A DNA stretch of 64,000 nt, from NCBI GenBank assembly GCA_963675665.1, contig OY776510.1, positions 3,990,019 to 4,054,018 on the forward strand, written 5' to 3'. Positions 43,138-53,377 of this stretch are shown piece by piece. Positions within the stretch are counted from its first letter, which is position 1. Each line of letters opens with the position of its first letter. Under the pieces are notes generated by a model. It was not told the origin of the DNA. It searched no databases and saw nothing but the letters and a program-made list of their open reading frames with translations. Source of the DNA: Spirochaetia bacterium (GTDB lineage: Bacteria > Spirochaetota > Spirochaetia > UBA9216). Made by a program: the position numbers and the translations under genes.

Positions 43138-43770
43138 ATGAAACTAATTTTCTTGGGCCCCCCGGGTGCAGGCAAGGGAACTATTGCATCAAGAATATGC
43201 GCTGAACTGAATATCCCGCATATTTCTACAGGCGATCTGTTCCGTAAAGCAATTAAAAACCAGACTGAACTTGGTAAAAAAGTTCAGCAGATCATCGAAT
43301 CCGGCGATCTCGTTCCTGACGCCTTAACCGTTGCCCTGGTAAAAGAAAGATTGAATAATCCTGATGTTGAGAACGGATATATTCTCGACGGTTTCCCGAG
43401 AACAATTGTACAAGCCGATTCACTTGCAAAATTCAGTGAAGTAGATGCCGTTATAAATTTTACCATTACCGACGACCAGGTTATAAACAGACTCTCCGGC
43501 AGAAGAATGTGCACAAACTGCGGTGAAGGATACCATATCAGGACCGTAAAACCGCAACAGGAAGGAATATGTGATAAATGCGGCGGCGAGCTTATCACAC
43601 GCCCTGACGACACACCTGAGGCAATCAAAAACAGGTTGTCTGTTTATTACGATTCCACAGAACCGCTTATAGACTATTATAAAAATAAAAATATTCTGAG
43701 AGATGTTGACGGTTCAGGATCTGTCGACGCAGTAGTTATTGAAACAAACACTGTAATCTCGACCTTATAA
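43138..43770 (+). CDS. adk: Adenylate kinase (long form with zinc-binding LID)
   Basis: 210 aa. P-loop GPPGAGKGT. LID with CTNCG...CDKCG. Confidence 0.9.
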   Translation: MKLIFLGPPGAGKGTIASRICAELNIPHISTGDLFRKAIKNQTELGKKVQQIIESGDLVPDALTVALVKERLNNPDVENGYILDGFPRTIVQADSLAKFSEVDAVINFTITDDQVINRLSGRRMCTNCGEGYHIRTVKPQQEGICDKCGGELITRPDDTPEAIKNRLSVYYDSTEPLIDYYKNKNILRDVDGSGSVDAVVIETNTVISTL

Positions 43771-43778
43771 CCTTACAA

Positions 43779-44747
43779 TTATTCAGCCGGTGCTGAACCA
43801 TCAGCATCGGCCTTTTTTTCATCAGGGCCAATGATTTCAAGAACATCGGAATACCACTCTGCACCGGAATTCTCGAGCAATCTGTCATAATACTCCTGCC
43901 CTTTCCAGCCGGTACCTACACTGTTCTGCAAAGCCTCAAAACCGTTATCCAAATCCTCCATGTATTTAAGGAGAATTTCAGCAATTTTAAAATATACTCT
44001 CCCCAGGGTTTCTTCAGGAAAAGACTCATCCTCTGCAGATTCGGCTTTCTGCACCAGCTGCCTGTAATCATCTACAGCTTCCGTATACATACGTCTTTCT
44101 GTAAAAACATCGCCTGAAAGTTCAAGCGCCTCAATATCTTCAGGATTCATTTCCAGTCTTTTTTCAAGCCACAGTGACGCGCTATCATAATTACCAAGTT
44201 CAGCTTCAAGAGAAGCTATTTCAAAGACAGCTTCCTCTTCATCAGGATAGTATTCAAAAAACTTTTTAAACCTTGCAAGAGCTTCTTCAAGATCCTGATT
44301 TTCAGACAGGAGAACCGCCGAATTATAGAGAGAATTCCTGCTTGTCTCAAAATCGAACAGAACTTCTTCATAAATAGCCAGCGCCGTCGAATCATCTCCC
44401 ATCAAATGATAAACCCAGGCGCGGGTTTCCAGGATTATTCTGTTGGATGGATCTTCCACAAGCAATTCATCAAGCTGCTCGAGGCTTTTTTCATATTTTT
44501 CAAGAAAAATATAAACCCTGGCAAGATTAAAACCGGCGCTTAGCAGCTCGGAATCAAGCTGCCGGGCTCTTGTATACGCATTTACAGCGTCCTGATTTCT
44601 TCCCAGCTCGGTATATGCATTACCAAGATTATAATAAGCTTCGGCAGCCTCTTCGGAGGTAATACCGGCAGAGGTGCTGCAGCCGGCAAGAATAATCATT
44701 ATAATCGCCGGCAGCAACGCTCCCAGGCGTAAACGAAAAATAGACAC
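43779..44747 (-). CDS. Tetratricopeptide-repeat lipoprotein
   Basis: 322 aa. Lipobox LAGCS. Multiple TPR units. Convergent with adk. Confidence 0.7.
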   Translation of the reverse strand: MSIFRLRLGALLPAIIMIILAGCSTSAGITSEEAAEAYYNLGNAYTELGRNQDAVNAYTRARQLDSELLSAGFNLARVYIFLEKYEKSLEQLDELLVEDPSNRIILETRAWVYHLMGDDSTALAIYEEVLFDFETSRNSLYNSAVLLSENQDLEEALARFKKFFEYYPDEEEAVFEIASLEAELGNYDSASLWLEKRLEMNPEDIEALELSGDVFTERRMYTEAVDDYRQLVQKAESAEDESFPEETLGRVYFKIAEILLKYMEDLDNGFEALQNSVGTGWKGQEYYDRLLENSGAEWYSDVLEIIGPDEKKADADGSAPAE

Positions 44748-45809
44748 CTATATACCCAGAACTGTTTCTTCTATCTTCCGAACCTGTGATCGGTAAAGCT
44801 GTGATATGCCGGCGCCGTAATCAGCAATCAACTGAATAATATTCCTTGGATAGGCTTCTGAATCAGAACCGTTAAGCCTGTCTCCTGCATCACCCAGACC
44901 CGGCATAATATAGGCTTTTTCATTCAGGACAGGATCCATCCAAAGAGTATATACCTTAACATTTTCCAGAGCCCTTACAATCCTGATCGATCCCTTAAGG
45001 GCTGAGATTACATTGAAAAAGCTGATTGATTTGGGCTTAACCCCGTTATCCAGCAGGTATTTGACGATGGTGACAAGGCTTCCGCCTGTCGCATTCATCG
45101 GGTCAGCAAAAATAAGGTCTTTTCCGTCCAGTGCTTCAAGATTAAAATATGACTTTTCAAGATCAAGAATGTACTCCATATCACTTTCTTTTTTGGAATC
45201 ATCCCTGTTAATCTTAAAGAGAGCAAATGGGGTTACATAACGTTTTGACGAGTATTCCTGTATTTCCTTGCTCATTATCATTGACGGCAACAAAGCGCCT
45301 CTGAGCATCACACACATTACAGAATTCTCGATTTTCTCATCAGCATCTGGAATTTTATGTACGGCATAGTTCTGGACCGGAACATTGACCGGAGTTTTGG
45401 TAATGAGATAATTTTTCTCGGATGAGGCTCCGCCGTATGCCAGATTAAAAAGCATTTCATAAGCGCGCTGAATATAGTACAGAAATTCATGATGCTCGGT
45501 TCGAACATCACGCAGCTTCGCAATCAGCCGTGAAGCTTCTCCGTGGATTTCGCGGGGAGTTTTAAACGAATATACATTTATTGCAGACATCTCGTCTGTA
45601 ATTTCCTGCATAAATTCTCCCATCTTATTATAAATAGTAATAAGCTCTTTCTTGCTGCCTTCACTCTTGTCAGTAAAATTCGATGAACTGATTATATTAA
45701 AATGCGCCATTGCCTGATCGTAATATTCCTGCATCCTTGCCAGATTTCCTTTATCACTGTTTGTCAAATATCCGTCAAGATCTGTCGCTTTAAGAATTAT
45801 TTTGCTCAT
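44748..45809 (-). CDS. Uracil phosphoribosyltransferase-family protein with ~90-aa N-terminal and ~40-aa C-terminal extensions
   Basis: 353 aa. C-terminal region has the UPRT signatures (DPMNATGGS ... [13 protein letters not shown]). The core begins near residue ~90. Canonical UPRTs are ~210 aa. Confidence 0.65.
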   Translation of the reverse strand: MSKIILKATDLDGYLTNSDKGNLARMQEYYDQAMAHFNIISSSNFTDKSEGSKKELITIYNKMGEFMQEITDEMSAINVYSFKTPREIHGEASRLIAKLRDVRTEHHEFLYYIQRAYEMLFNLAYGGASSEKNYLITKTPVNVPVQNYAVHKIPDADEKIENSVMCVMLRGALLPSMIMSKEIQEYSSKRYVTPFALFKINRDDSKKESDMEYILDLEKSYFNLEALDGKDLIFADPMNATGGSLVTIVKYLLDNGVKPKSISFFNVISALKGSIRIVRALENVKVYTLWMDPVLNEKAYIMPGLGDAGDRLNGSDSEAYPRNIIQLIADYGAGISQLYRSQVRKIEETVLGI

Positions 45810-45937
45810 TCCTGCTCCTTTAAATCATTTTAGATCATTGTATAATAAAAAATGGATTTTTGAAGCAGAATTGTAATGAAAAATATATAAAAATACATTA
45901 TTATTAGTTATATACATTAAACGTTCTTGGAGGAAAA

Positions 45938-46396
45938 ATGAGAAAAAAAATATTACTACTTGTTCTTGTGCTTCTTGTATTTACTGTTGCAAGCACATTT
46001 GCTACAGGTATAGGGATTCAGGGCGGCCTTGATTTTATGGATACGCCTTATGCTTCGAATCTGGCCCTTTCATTCAAACTGGATGAATTTCCCATGATGT
46101 TTGGATTGGGCTGGAATTTCGCTGGAGGAGTAGCCATAGGCGCATCTGCAGACTGGTGGGTTTATCATGATGTATTAACAGGAATTATCAGCCTGTATGC
46201 CGGTCCGGGTATTTTCGGCGGATTTTCTACCGGAGGCTCCGGTAGTTTCTGGCTTGGCCCCCGTGTTGCATTCGGTTTTCAAATTTTCCCTATTGAACCG
46301 CTTGAAATATTCCTCGAGCTTGACCCGTCTTTAGCCTTATTACCAGCTCCTGATTTTGTTTTCCAGGGATCCATTGGAGCCAGGTTCTGGTTCTAA
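45938..46396 (+). CDS. Small secreted beta-barrel-like outer-membrane protein (Gly/aromatic-rich, C-terminal Phe)
   Basis: 152 aa. Signal peptide. Alternating amphipathic beta-strand pattern. Ends ...GARFWF, as OMPs typically do. Confidence 0.5.
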   Translation: MRKKILLLVLVLLVFTVASTFATGIGIQGGLDFMDTPYASNLALSFKLDEFPMMFGLGWNFAGGVAIGASADWWVYHDVLTGIISLYAGPGIFGGFSTGGSGSFWLGPRVAFGFQIFPIEPLEIFLELDPSLALLPAPDFVFQGSIGARFWF

Positions 46397-46416
46397 CCAG
46401 ATATTACAATTTGATA

Positions 46417-46444
46417 AAACCGCTCTACCGGAGCGGTTTTTTTA
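46417..46444 (+). terminator. Rho-independent terminator after the small OMP gene
   Basis: AAACCGCTC-tacc-GGAGCGGTTT followed by TTTTT. Confidence 0.6.
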
Positions 46445-46467
46445 TAAACGTTGCTTTTCCCGTCCGC

Positions 46468-46509
46468 ACCAAAAAAAAGACTGCTTCGTTTTCGAAACAG
46501 TCTTTTTTT

Positions 46510-46512
<3 letters not shown>
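46468..46512 (-). terminator. Long A/T-flanked hairpin; terminator for the minus-strand tRNA-Lys/tRNA-Glu transcript (bidirectional)
   Basis: CAAAAAAAAGACTG ... CAGTCTTTTTTTTG inverted repeat abutting the CCA end of tRNA-Glu. There is a U-tract on both strands. Confidence 0.55.
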
Positions 46513-46585
<73 letters not shown>

Positions 46586-46769
46586 TAAGCTTTCACTTCG
46601 TGAAAGCTTTCGGAGATTTTGTTCTTTGAACAAAACTCCATATCTTTTTCACTTCGTGAAATTTTTTGAATTATTCTTCTGCGAAGAATACTTCATATAT
46701 CAGATAATGGATGTTTAACTCTAAGAGTTAAACTCCAAAATAAAAATCCGACAGGATTTTTATTAACTG

Positions 46770-46842
46770 AGCCGCACAGGGTTCGAACCTGTGACCCACG
46801 CCTTAAAAGGGCGTTGCTCTACCAGCTGAGCTAGCGGCCCTG
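46770..46842 (-). tRNA. tRNA-Lys (anticodon TTT)
   Basis: Reverse complement GGGCCGCTAGCTCAGCTGGTAGAGCAACGCCCTTTTAAGGCGTGGGTCACAGGTTCGAACCCTGTGCGGCTCA. Anticodon loop CUUUUAA. Confidence 0.8.
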
Positions 46843-46856
46843 CTTAATGCTCGCTG

Positions 46857-46885
46857 AATATAGCAACTAAGATAAAAAATGTCAA
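46857..46885 (-). promoter_or_regulatory. Sigma70-type promoter (TTGACA-17-TATATT) driving tRNA-Lys/tRNA-Glu
   Basis: Minus strand reads TTGACAttttttatcttagttgcTATATTcagcgagcattaagca, then the tRNA-Lys 5-prime end (GGGCCGC) ~16 nt after the -10 box. Confidence 0.45.
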
Positions 46886-47081
46886 CAGAAATCATTTTGT
46901 TTTTTTCAAAATAAAGTATCTCGGAAAACTCCAGCATTCAGAGATTCCGTTCCGGACTTACAGGTTGTTTATTTATTTACAGGAAAGGAAATAAACAAAC
47001 ATCAGCATAATGGGTATTGCACTTCTGTCAACCCTGATTAAGGGTTATCGGATATGGCCGTCTTTCTTATACGGCTTGCGG

Positions 47082-48260
47082 TTAAAGCATGAATCCCAGA
47101 GTCAGATTGTACACGGGCTTTGTTCCCGGCTGACTGGATTGTTCCGTACCGAACATTGCGGCATTTAGTGTAAATATCTTTAAATCCAGACCTAATCCGG
47201 CGTTAAGCAGGCCATCGGCAAGCCCTACCCTGACATCAAGAATTTCCAGCATGGTAATTTCGAGTCCGGTCTTTATATGCAGCAGCCAGTGCTCGGCTTC
47301 TGTCGGATAAAGTAAAAAATCAAAGATGTCGTCATATGCCGCCATGAAACGAAAATCAGTAATGAACTGCTGTATAAACGGTATTGTCGGATTGAGTTCG
47401 AACCCGGCGTTAACCTTGAAAGGAACAATTCCGCTTTCCGGATCAGGAGCTGTAGTTTCAGAATCAAGAAAATCATTTATTCCGCTCAGATACGTATACC
47501 TGGCAGTAGGTGTAAAACAATCCTGGAAGCTCAATCCTGCCGACATAAAACCGTCCCAGATGTATAAAATTCCGGCATCCATTCCGATTATCGTGCTGAA
47601 CTCAAAGGGTTCGCTCAGAAATAAATCTGCTCCTATGCTGTCAAGCATTACAGGCAGTTCCAGAAAAGATTTTTCAATTGCAACAACACCTTCCACTCCG
47701 CCTTTTAGCATAACGCCGATGTCCAGAACATGTTTTTCATCAACTGAGAGAGGGATTCGAAAAGAATATCCGCCCGCAAGCAGCAACTGCTCTCCAAGAT
47801 CCATGGAAATTGAAAGAGGACCTTTACCCCGCAGCAGAAAGTCTGTTGTATTAAACAATCCGAAACCGAAGCCGTCTCCAACATACCCGAAGTATATTGG
47901 TCCCGTCATTGTAAAACCGGAATATAAACCGGTAAGAATTGCCTGGGTAGACGGAGAGGTCAGCAATGTGGTCATATCCTCTCCGGCCGACAGGCTGCCG
48001 ATAATCAGGGATGCAATATCAAAAATTGGCCCGGTCAGCTGAAGGGTGAAATTTGTAAAAACAAGATCTTCCTGTGCAGACTTAAAAGCTGCAGGATTGG
48101 AAAAAATAGTTTCAAGACCTTCGTTATCCGTAGGATAGGGGCCGCCCAAACCTGAATCTACACCGGTAGGAACATAGATATCTTCAGCATAATAATCTGC
48201 AGCAAAACCGATTGCCGCAACAATGAATATCAGAATAACTGTACATATAATTCTCTTCAA
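47082..48260 (-). CDS. Hypothetical secreted protein (signal peptide, Gly/aromatic-rich)
   Basis: 392 aa. N-terminal signal peptide. No recognised catalytic motif. Co-directional with the lipoprotein gene upstream. Confidence 0.5.
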   Translation of the reverse strand: MKRIICTVILIFIVAAIGFAADYYAEDIYVPTGVDSGLGGPYPTDNEGLETIFSNPAAFKSAQEDLVFTNFTLQLTGPIFDIASLIIGSLSAGEDMTTLLTSPSTQAILTGLYSGFTMTGPIYFGYVGDGFGFGLFNTTDFLLRGKGPLSISMDLGEQLLLAGGYSFRIPLSVDEKHVLDIGVMLKGGVEGVVAIEKSFLELPVMLDSIGADLFLSEPFEFSTIIGMDAGILYIWDGFMSAGLSFQDCFTPTARYTYLSGINDFLDSETTAPDPESGIVPFKVNAGFELNPTIPFIQQFITDFRFMAAYDDIFDFLLYPTEAEHWLLHIKTGLEITMLEILDVRVGLADGLLNAGLGLDLKIFTLNAAMFGTEQSSQPGTKPVYNLTLGFML

Positions 48261-48289
48261 ACCAAAACTCCATGTAGATATTTGCTTGA

Positions 48290-48922
48290 CTATTCAGGGA
48301 TGGTTAAATCGCCGAATATTGTTGAAAGATCAACGCCCCCCTGGTCGGCCCAATACTGAGCCTGCACAAGGTCCGGATCTTCCGGATCAACAGTCCCCAG
48401 CTGATCAACTCCTCCGGCGTCATTAATAACAATAAGAAGCTGTGCTGCAGCGGCATTAGTGTATTGCTCCGGGGTCAGTACCACTCCATCCATGTCTTCA
48501 GCCGCCTCTATAAGCGCAACGGCATCTTCAAGGTTATCAGTATCAATATCATCAAGCAAACCAGTAGTCAGATCTTCAGTTTCTCCCGAGGCAAATGCAT
48601 CAAGCGCGCCGCTTACGGCATCGCCCAAACCGGAGGCCCCTACTGCCAAATCGGCAGCGAGTAAAACCATATCCGGATCTGCAGTACTGAGATCATCCGG
48701 AAGCATAGCTGCAATCTCATTGTAAGCAGCCTCGAGTTCTGCTGCTGTTGCCGTTCCCGAAGTAAGAAGATCTTCAGCATAAGAGAGCTTCTGATCATTG
48801 GTCATTGTAGAGATATCCGCTTCATACCAGAAGTATGCGCTGGTTGTAAAAACCTGCTGGCAGGATGTTAAAACTGCCAATAACAGTAACCCTGTACAAA
48901 AAAATCTAAATCCGATTTTCAT
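48290..48922 (-). CDS. Acidic low-complexity lipoprotein
   Basis: 210 aa. Lipobox LTSCQ. Highly D/E/A-rich. Confidence 0.5.
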   Translation of the reverse strand: MKIGFRFFCTGLLLLAVLTSCQQVFTTSAYFWYEADISTMTNDQKLSYAEDLLTSGTATAAELEAAYNEIAAMLPDDLSTADPDMVLLAADLAVGASGLGDAVSGALDAFASGETEDLTTGLLDDIDTDNLEDAVALIEAAEDMDGVVLTPEQYTNAAAAQLLIVINDAGGVDQLGTVDPEDPDLVQAQYWADQGGVDLSTIFGDLTIPE

Positions 48923-48967
48923 TCGAATTTCCCCCTATAGCAATTATCGTGAGAATTGCTTAAAAAA

Positions 48968-50320
48968 TCAAATCCATTCCAGAAATCTGCAGATTATGCC
49001 GTTATTTTCAACAGCTTCAATTTTTGCTCTGCAGATAGTTCCATCTTTATTAATTATATCACATACTGTCGATTTTAAATAATTTTCACTTGTTCCGTTC
49101 CATTTTTCACCGTTTTCGTCTTCTATAAGAACATCAACATCTCGACCAATCCATCCTGATGCATATTTCAGGTAATATTCGCCTGACAGCCGCCGCAATT
49201 CTCCCGTCCGCTGTCCTGATATACGTTCTGGAACCGGGTTTTTCATTTTCTCCGCAAGAGTTCCGGGCCTTGGTGAAAACGGAAAAACATGCAGATGGGC
49301 AAATTCGCATTCTTCAACCAGACTGAGGGTAAGCCCGTAATCCTCATCTGTTTCACCGGGAAAACCTGCAATAACATCCGCGGCCAGAAACGGATCGTCT
49401 TTTACGTTTCTCAGTGTTTTTACTGCATCTATTATCTTTGCACGATTGTTATGCCGCCGCATAAGCGAAAGGATCCTGTCGCTTCCGGATTGAACCGGTA
49501 TATGAAAATGCGGGCACACTGCCGGACTGCTTACTGCAAGCGCCATTCTGTCGTCTATTGTTTCCGGTTCAAGAGACGAGAGTCTTATTCTTGCCGCCGG
49601 ATGACCTCCGGGACCGTCAGTTCCGGCAATTACAGCAAGTTCGGTCAGAATACGGCTGAAATCATATCCTTGTGAATTATAAGAAGTTAAATTGACACCC
49701 GTCAGCACAATTTCCCGGTATCCTTTATCGAGCAAACCGCTGAACTGCCTTAAAACCTCTTCGGGCGGCAGGCTCACCCCGCGTCCCCTTGCGATTGTAA
49801 CCCTGCAGTAAGCACAGCTGTTGTCGCATCCGTCCTGAATTTTCAGGAACGCCCGGGTATGATAATTGAAATCGACAGATTCATACCAGAACCTGTCAGG
49901 ATCCTGCAGCCCCTGGGAGGAGCCCCTCCCGAAGAAACCGCGCACAGCCCCGATTAAGCCGTCCCGGTCATCCTGCAGGTCCTTTAAAAACACGGGAAGC
50001 CTGCTAATCTCATCTTTTCTGTCATGCGGGACAACGACAACATTGCCGCCGAGGGAAACTTCTGCTTCATCAAGCTGAGCATAGCAGCCGGTAACAAGAA
50101 CAACCGAGCCGGGATGTTCGGTTGATAGTTTCCGGATCATCCTGCGGGCTTTCTGTTCAGCTTTCGAGGTTACCGTGCATGTGTTTATTATATAAAGATC
50201 AGCATCGCTGCGTACATCCTCAATAAAAAAACCCCGGCTGTCGAAGGACGATGCCAGGGCTTCACTTTCACATTGATTCAGCTTGCAGCCTAAGGTATAT
50301 ACAGCCGCTCTGAAATCCAT
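48968..50320 (-). CDS. MiaB-like radical-SAM tRNA methylthiotransferase (MtaB/YqeV type) with a TRAM domain
   Basis: 450 aa. N-terminal MTTase domain (YTLGCKLNQCESE). Radical-SAM motif CDNSCAYC. C-terminal TRAM-like region. Confidence 0.8.
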   Translation of the reverse strand: MDFRAAVYTLGCKLNQCESEALASSFDSRGFFIEDVRSDADLYIINTCTVTSKAEQKARRMIRKLSTEHPGSVVLVTGCYAQLDEAEVSLGGNVVVVPHDRKDEISRLPVFLKDLQDDRDGLIGAVRGFFGRGSSQGLQDPDRFWYESVDFNYHTRAFLKIQDGCDNSCAYCRVTIARGRGVSLPPEEVLRQFSGLLDKGYREIVLTGVNLTSYNSQGYDFSRILTELAVIAGTDGPGGHPAARIRLSSLEPETIDDRMALAVSSPAVCPHFHIPVQSGSDRILSLMRRHNNRAKIIDAVKTLRNVKDDPFLAADVIAGFPGETDEDYGLTLSLVEECEFAHLHVFPFSPRPGTLAEKMKNPVPERISGQRTGELRRLSGEYYLKYASGWIGRDVDVLIEDENGEKWNGTSENYLKSTVCDIINKDGTICRAKIEAVENNGIICRFLEWI

Positions 50321-50952
50321 TACCCGGCACCCAGCTTTTTCCTGACCCGGTCACGGCCCCTGACGGCTTCGGTATATGAAGAATTAAGCTCTAATGATTT
50401 ATTATATGCTTCCAGTGAATATTTCCAGTCTTCTGCCATCTCTCGTGCATAGCCCAGTCTTGACCACCACCTTGCTGAATTCGGAAAATGGTAAACCGCC
50501 GTTGTGAATGCGATATCGGCATGATTGTATTCACCGAGCCTGATGTAAATCTCACCCATAAAGTAATATGCAAGTTCGATTCTGTCGCCGGTCGGGGCAA
50601 GTACCGTATATTCTTCAAAATAATCGAGCGCTTCGAGATTTTTCCCAAGATAATAATATGCTTCCGCCGCTATCTCAATTACGCGCGTGTCCCGGCGGGA
50701 TATTTCAAGACCGGAAAGGCTTGAGTCCAACGCTTTCTGATAGTCCTCCAGTTTGATATAACTCCACCCCAGAACTACATACGAATCCATATTCCTGGGC
50801 ATCCGTTCAATTTCGGCCAGACAAATCTCAATAGCTTTATTGAAATCACCCTTTCTGTATTCGACCAGGGCATCTTCACGTTCCTGCGGGAACACTGTTG
50901 CGACTGCTGAAATGCTGAAGAACAGCAGAAAAACAATAATTTTATTCTTCAT
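50320..50952 (-). CDS. Secreted TPR-repeat protein
   Basis: 210 aa. Signal peptide then TPR units. Overlaps the bactofilin gene upstream by 11 nt. Confidence 0.6.
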   Translation of the reverse strand: MKNKIIVFLLFFSISAVATVFPQEREDALVEYRKGDFNKAIEICLAEIERMPRNMDSYVVLGWSYIKLEDYQKALDSSLSGLEISRRDTRVIEIAAEAYYYLGKNLEALDYFEEYTVLAPTGDRIELAYYFMGEIYIRLGEYNHADIAFTTAVYHFPNSARWWSRLGYAREMAEDWKYSLEAYNKSLELNSSYTEAVRGRDRVRKKLGAG

Positions 50953-51334
50953 TCTTCATTTCCTCATCTTTTGTTACTTCACGCGGAGATTTCATGGTGC
51001 AGATCCCGTTAAAAGAACAGCCGCTTTCCATGATTATGTCGGGTGCCGTAATGTCTCCGTCAACATGCCCGCACGAAAATATCTCGACTCTGTCGTAGGC
51101 GAAAATATTACCGTGCACAGTACCCATTACCGAAACAATATTCGCTTCCACCCTTGCATCTACAACCGCGCTTTCGGCGACATAAAAATCACCTTCCGCT
51201 TTGACGTTTCCCTTTATGTGTCCTTTTATCATAAGAGATTTGTCGAATCCCAGATTCCCGGTAAAATCGATATCCTCGTTAAGTATTGTATCTATTTCAG
51301 CTTCATCTGTTATCTGTATCTGAATATCGCTCAT
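50942..51334 (-). CDS. Bactofilin (DUF583 polymer-forming cytoskeletal protein)
   Basis: 130 aa. Repetitive beta-helical bactofilin pattern (IKGHIKGNVKAEGDFYVAESAVVDARVEANIVSVMGTVHGNIFAYDRVEI). Confidence 0.7.
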   Translation of the reverse strand: MSDIQIQITDEAEIDTILNEDIDFTGNLGFDKSLMIKGHIKGNVKAEGDFYVAESAVVDARVEANIVSVMGTVHGNIFAYDRVEIFSCGHVDGDITAPDIIMESGCSFNGICTMKSPREVTKDEEMKNEE

Positions 51335-51384
51335 ATCATCTTAATGTACTTAGCCTGCCCTCAGCTGTCAAGCGTAAACTGCAA

Positions 51385-52101
51385 TCAGAACAGCGACATT
51401 GTTTCATCAAGAGCTTTCTTCAGCCGGATACGCATTTCTCCGGTATGCGGATTGAATTTCTGCAGGTCGTGAAACAGCTGAACAGGGTCGTTGCAGGTCT
51501 GCTCAACTATCTCCTGAAGCTTCCGGTACCCGAGAGTCGCTATGGCGCTGTCTTTCAGATTCAGCTCATTCAGCACCCTTCCGATAAAGTGGGTTATACC
51601 CTGGGTAAATGCGGCTTCAAGATCATGCTCATCCGGAGTCATTTTATGTATTTCCAAACCCATCCGTCTGAATACATCATTCCAGAGGGGCCCGCAACCG
51701 TTAATATCGCGGACTGTGTGAAATACCAGCGGAAGGCCTTTGATTCCGTTGCGGCCCGAATCAGGACCGAACATCGGGTGCGTTGCAATAATACCGCAGG
51801 TTTCCGGAAGATACTTGTTCATCAGCCGCGCCGGCTCGACCTTTACCGAACAGGTGTCGATTACCACAGCGTCCTGCTTAAGTACGGGCGCAATACGTTG
51901 AAGCACTTCTTCTACAGCGCTTATTGCGCAGCAAAGAAAGACTGTATCATAACCGGTCAGCTGCTCTTCACTTTCAATACGCCCTACTCCTGCAGGTAAT
52001 TCCCTGCGGCTCCTGCTGTAACCGGCAACATCAAACCGGTCAGCCAGCAGAGATGCCCAAAAGGATCCGAAACGTCCCATACCGTATACTGCTATCTTCA
52101 T
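51385..52101 (-). CDS. tyrA: Prephenate/arogenate dehydrogenase (TyrA family, short form)
   Basis: 238 aa. N-terminal Rossmann fold (KIAVYGMGRFG). TyrA-type catalytic block (ATHPMFGP). Confidence 0.7.
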   Translation of the reverse strand: MKIAVYGMGRFGSFWASLLADRFDVAGYSRSRRELPAGVGRIESEEQLTGYDTVFLCCAISAVEEVLQRIAPVLKQDAVVIDTCSVKVEPARLMNKYLPETCGIIATHPMFGPDSGRNGIKGLPLVFHTVRDINGCGPLWNDVFRRMGLEIHKMTPDEHDLEAAFTQGITHFIGRVLNELNLKDSAIATLGYRKLQEIVEQTCNDPVQLFHDLQKFNPHTGEMRIRLKKALDETMSLF

Positions 52102-52319
52102 GCTGAGATAATAAAAATTATCGCTGAAAAACGCAATATTCCATTACCGGCTTTTTATTAATATAGGGAGTCTCTTATACCCTAAAACCTGGATTATCAG
52201 GCATTCCCTGTTATATTTATGAAAAGCCTCACTTTGCAAAATCATTTTTTTATACTATTATTTGACAAAATAATGTCAGACATTATTTTACCCAACGATA
52301 TTTGAGGAGATTCATTATA

Positions 52320-53315
52320 ATGGCTTTCAAAGAATTAATGAAAGAAAAAGCAAAAAAACTTCAAAAGAATCTTGTACTGCCCGAAGGAACTGAAACCCGG
52401 ACCATGAAGGCTGCAAGAATTATCATCGATGAAGGACTTGCGGCATCAGTTTCACTTATTGGAAATGCTGATGATATTCAAGCTGCAGCAGCAGATGCAG
52501 GCGTAAACCTGAACGGCGTCACCATTGTTGAACCCAAAAAATCTGAAAACTTCAGTGCTTACGCTGCTGAATATTATGAACTGAGAAAGAAAAAGGGTAT
52601 TACGGAAGAAGAAGCCGGAGAAGCTATAACTGATCCGCTGAAATGGGGCTCAATGATGGTCCGCCTCGGCGATGCGGATGCGATGGTTGCCGGCGCTGAA
52701 AACTCGACCGGAAACGTTCTGAGGGCAGCTTTCACGATTATTAAAACAGCCCCGGGGGTAAAATCAGCCTCAAGCTGCTTTGTAATGTACATGCCGGATT
52801 CAGACTGGGGAGTCAACGGAAACATGATTTTTTCTGATTGTGCGACCATACCCAACCCTACCGCCGAACAGCTTTCCGAAATTGCCATCGCGGCATCCGA
52901 ATCATGTAAAAAATTCCTTGATGCGGAACCCTGCACAGCGATGCTTTCTTTCTCAACAAAAGGTTCAGCCAGCCATGAATATGTCGACAAGGTTGTCGAA
53001 GCAACAAAACTTGCAAAAGAAAAACGGCCTGATCTTAATATCGACGGAGAACTTCAGCTTGACGCCGCTATTGTTCCTGCAATAGGCAACAGCAAAGCCC
53101 CCGGTTCAAAGGTAGCAGGAAAGGCAAATGTTCTGGTTTTTCCCGACCTTCAGGCCGGAAATATCGGTTACAAACTTGTGCAGCGACTTGCCGGAGCAGA
53201 TGCATACGGACCTTTCCTTCAGGGATTTGCAAAACCGGTCAGCGACCTTTCGCGCGGCTGCAGTGTCGATGACATAGTAACCACTGCTGCTGTTACAATG
53301 GCACAGTCGGAATAA
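52320..53315 (+). CDS. pta: Phosphate acetyltransferase (short Pta/Ptb family)
   Basis: 332 aa from the ATG at 52320 (GAGGAG RBS at 52304-52309). Conserved PTA_PTB blocks ([13 protein letters not shown] ... SRGCSVDD). Confidence 0.8.
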   Translation: MAFKELMKEKAKKLQKNLVLPEGTETRTMKAARIIIDEGLAASVSLIGNADDIQAAAADAGVNLNGVTIVEPKKSENFSAYAAEYYELRKKKGITEEEAGEAITDPLKWGSMMVRLGDADAMVAGAENSTGNVLRAAFTIIKTAPGVKSASSCFVMYMPDSDWGVNGNMIFSDCATIPNPTAEQLSEIAIAASESCKKFLDAEPCTAMLSFSTKGSASHEYVDKVVEATKLAKEKRPDLNIDGELQLDAAIVPAIGNSKAPGSKVAGKANVLVFPDLQAGNIGYKLVQRLAGADAYGPFLQGFAKPVSDLSRGCSVDDIVTTAAVTMAQSE

Positions 53316-53347
53316 AAAAAGACCGCAAAAAACGGTCTTTAACAGTG

Positions 53348-53377
53348 AAAAAAGCTGCCGGAAGGCAGCTTTTTTTA
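53348..53377. terminator. Bidirectional rho-independent terminator between pta (plus) and the ABC substrate-binding gene (minus)
   Basis: AAAAAAGCTGCC-ggaa-GGCAGCTTTTTTT, preceded by a second hairpin AAAGACCG-caaaaaa-CGGTCTTT at 53318-53340. Confidence 0.6.

Noticed and set aside
52302-52319. Upstream TTG start for pta ([12 protein letters not shown])
   Set aside because: That codon lies inside the GAGGAG Shine-Dalgarno. The ATG at 52320 with proper RBS spacing is the credible start.
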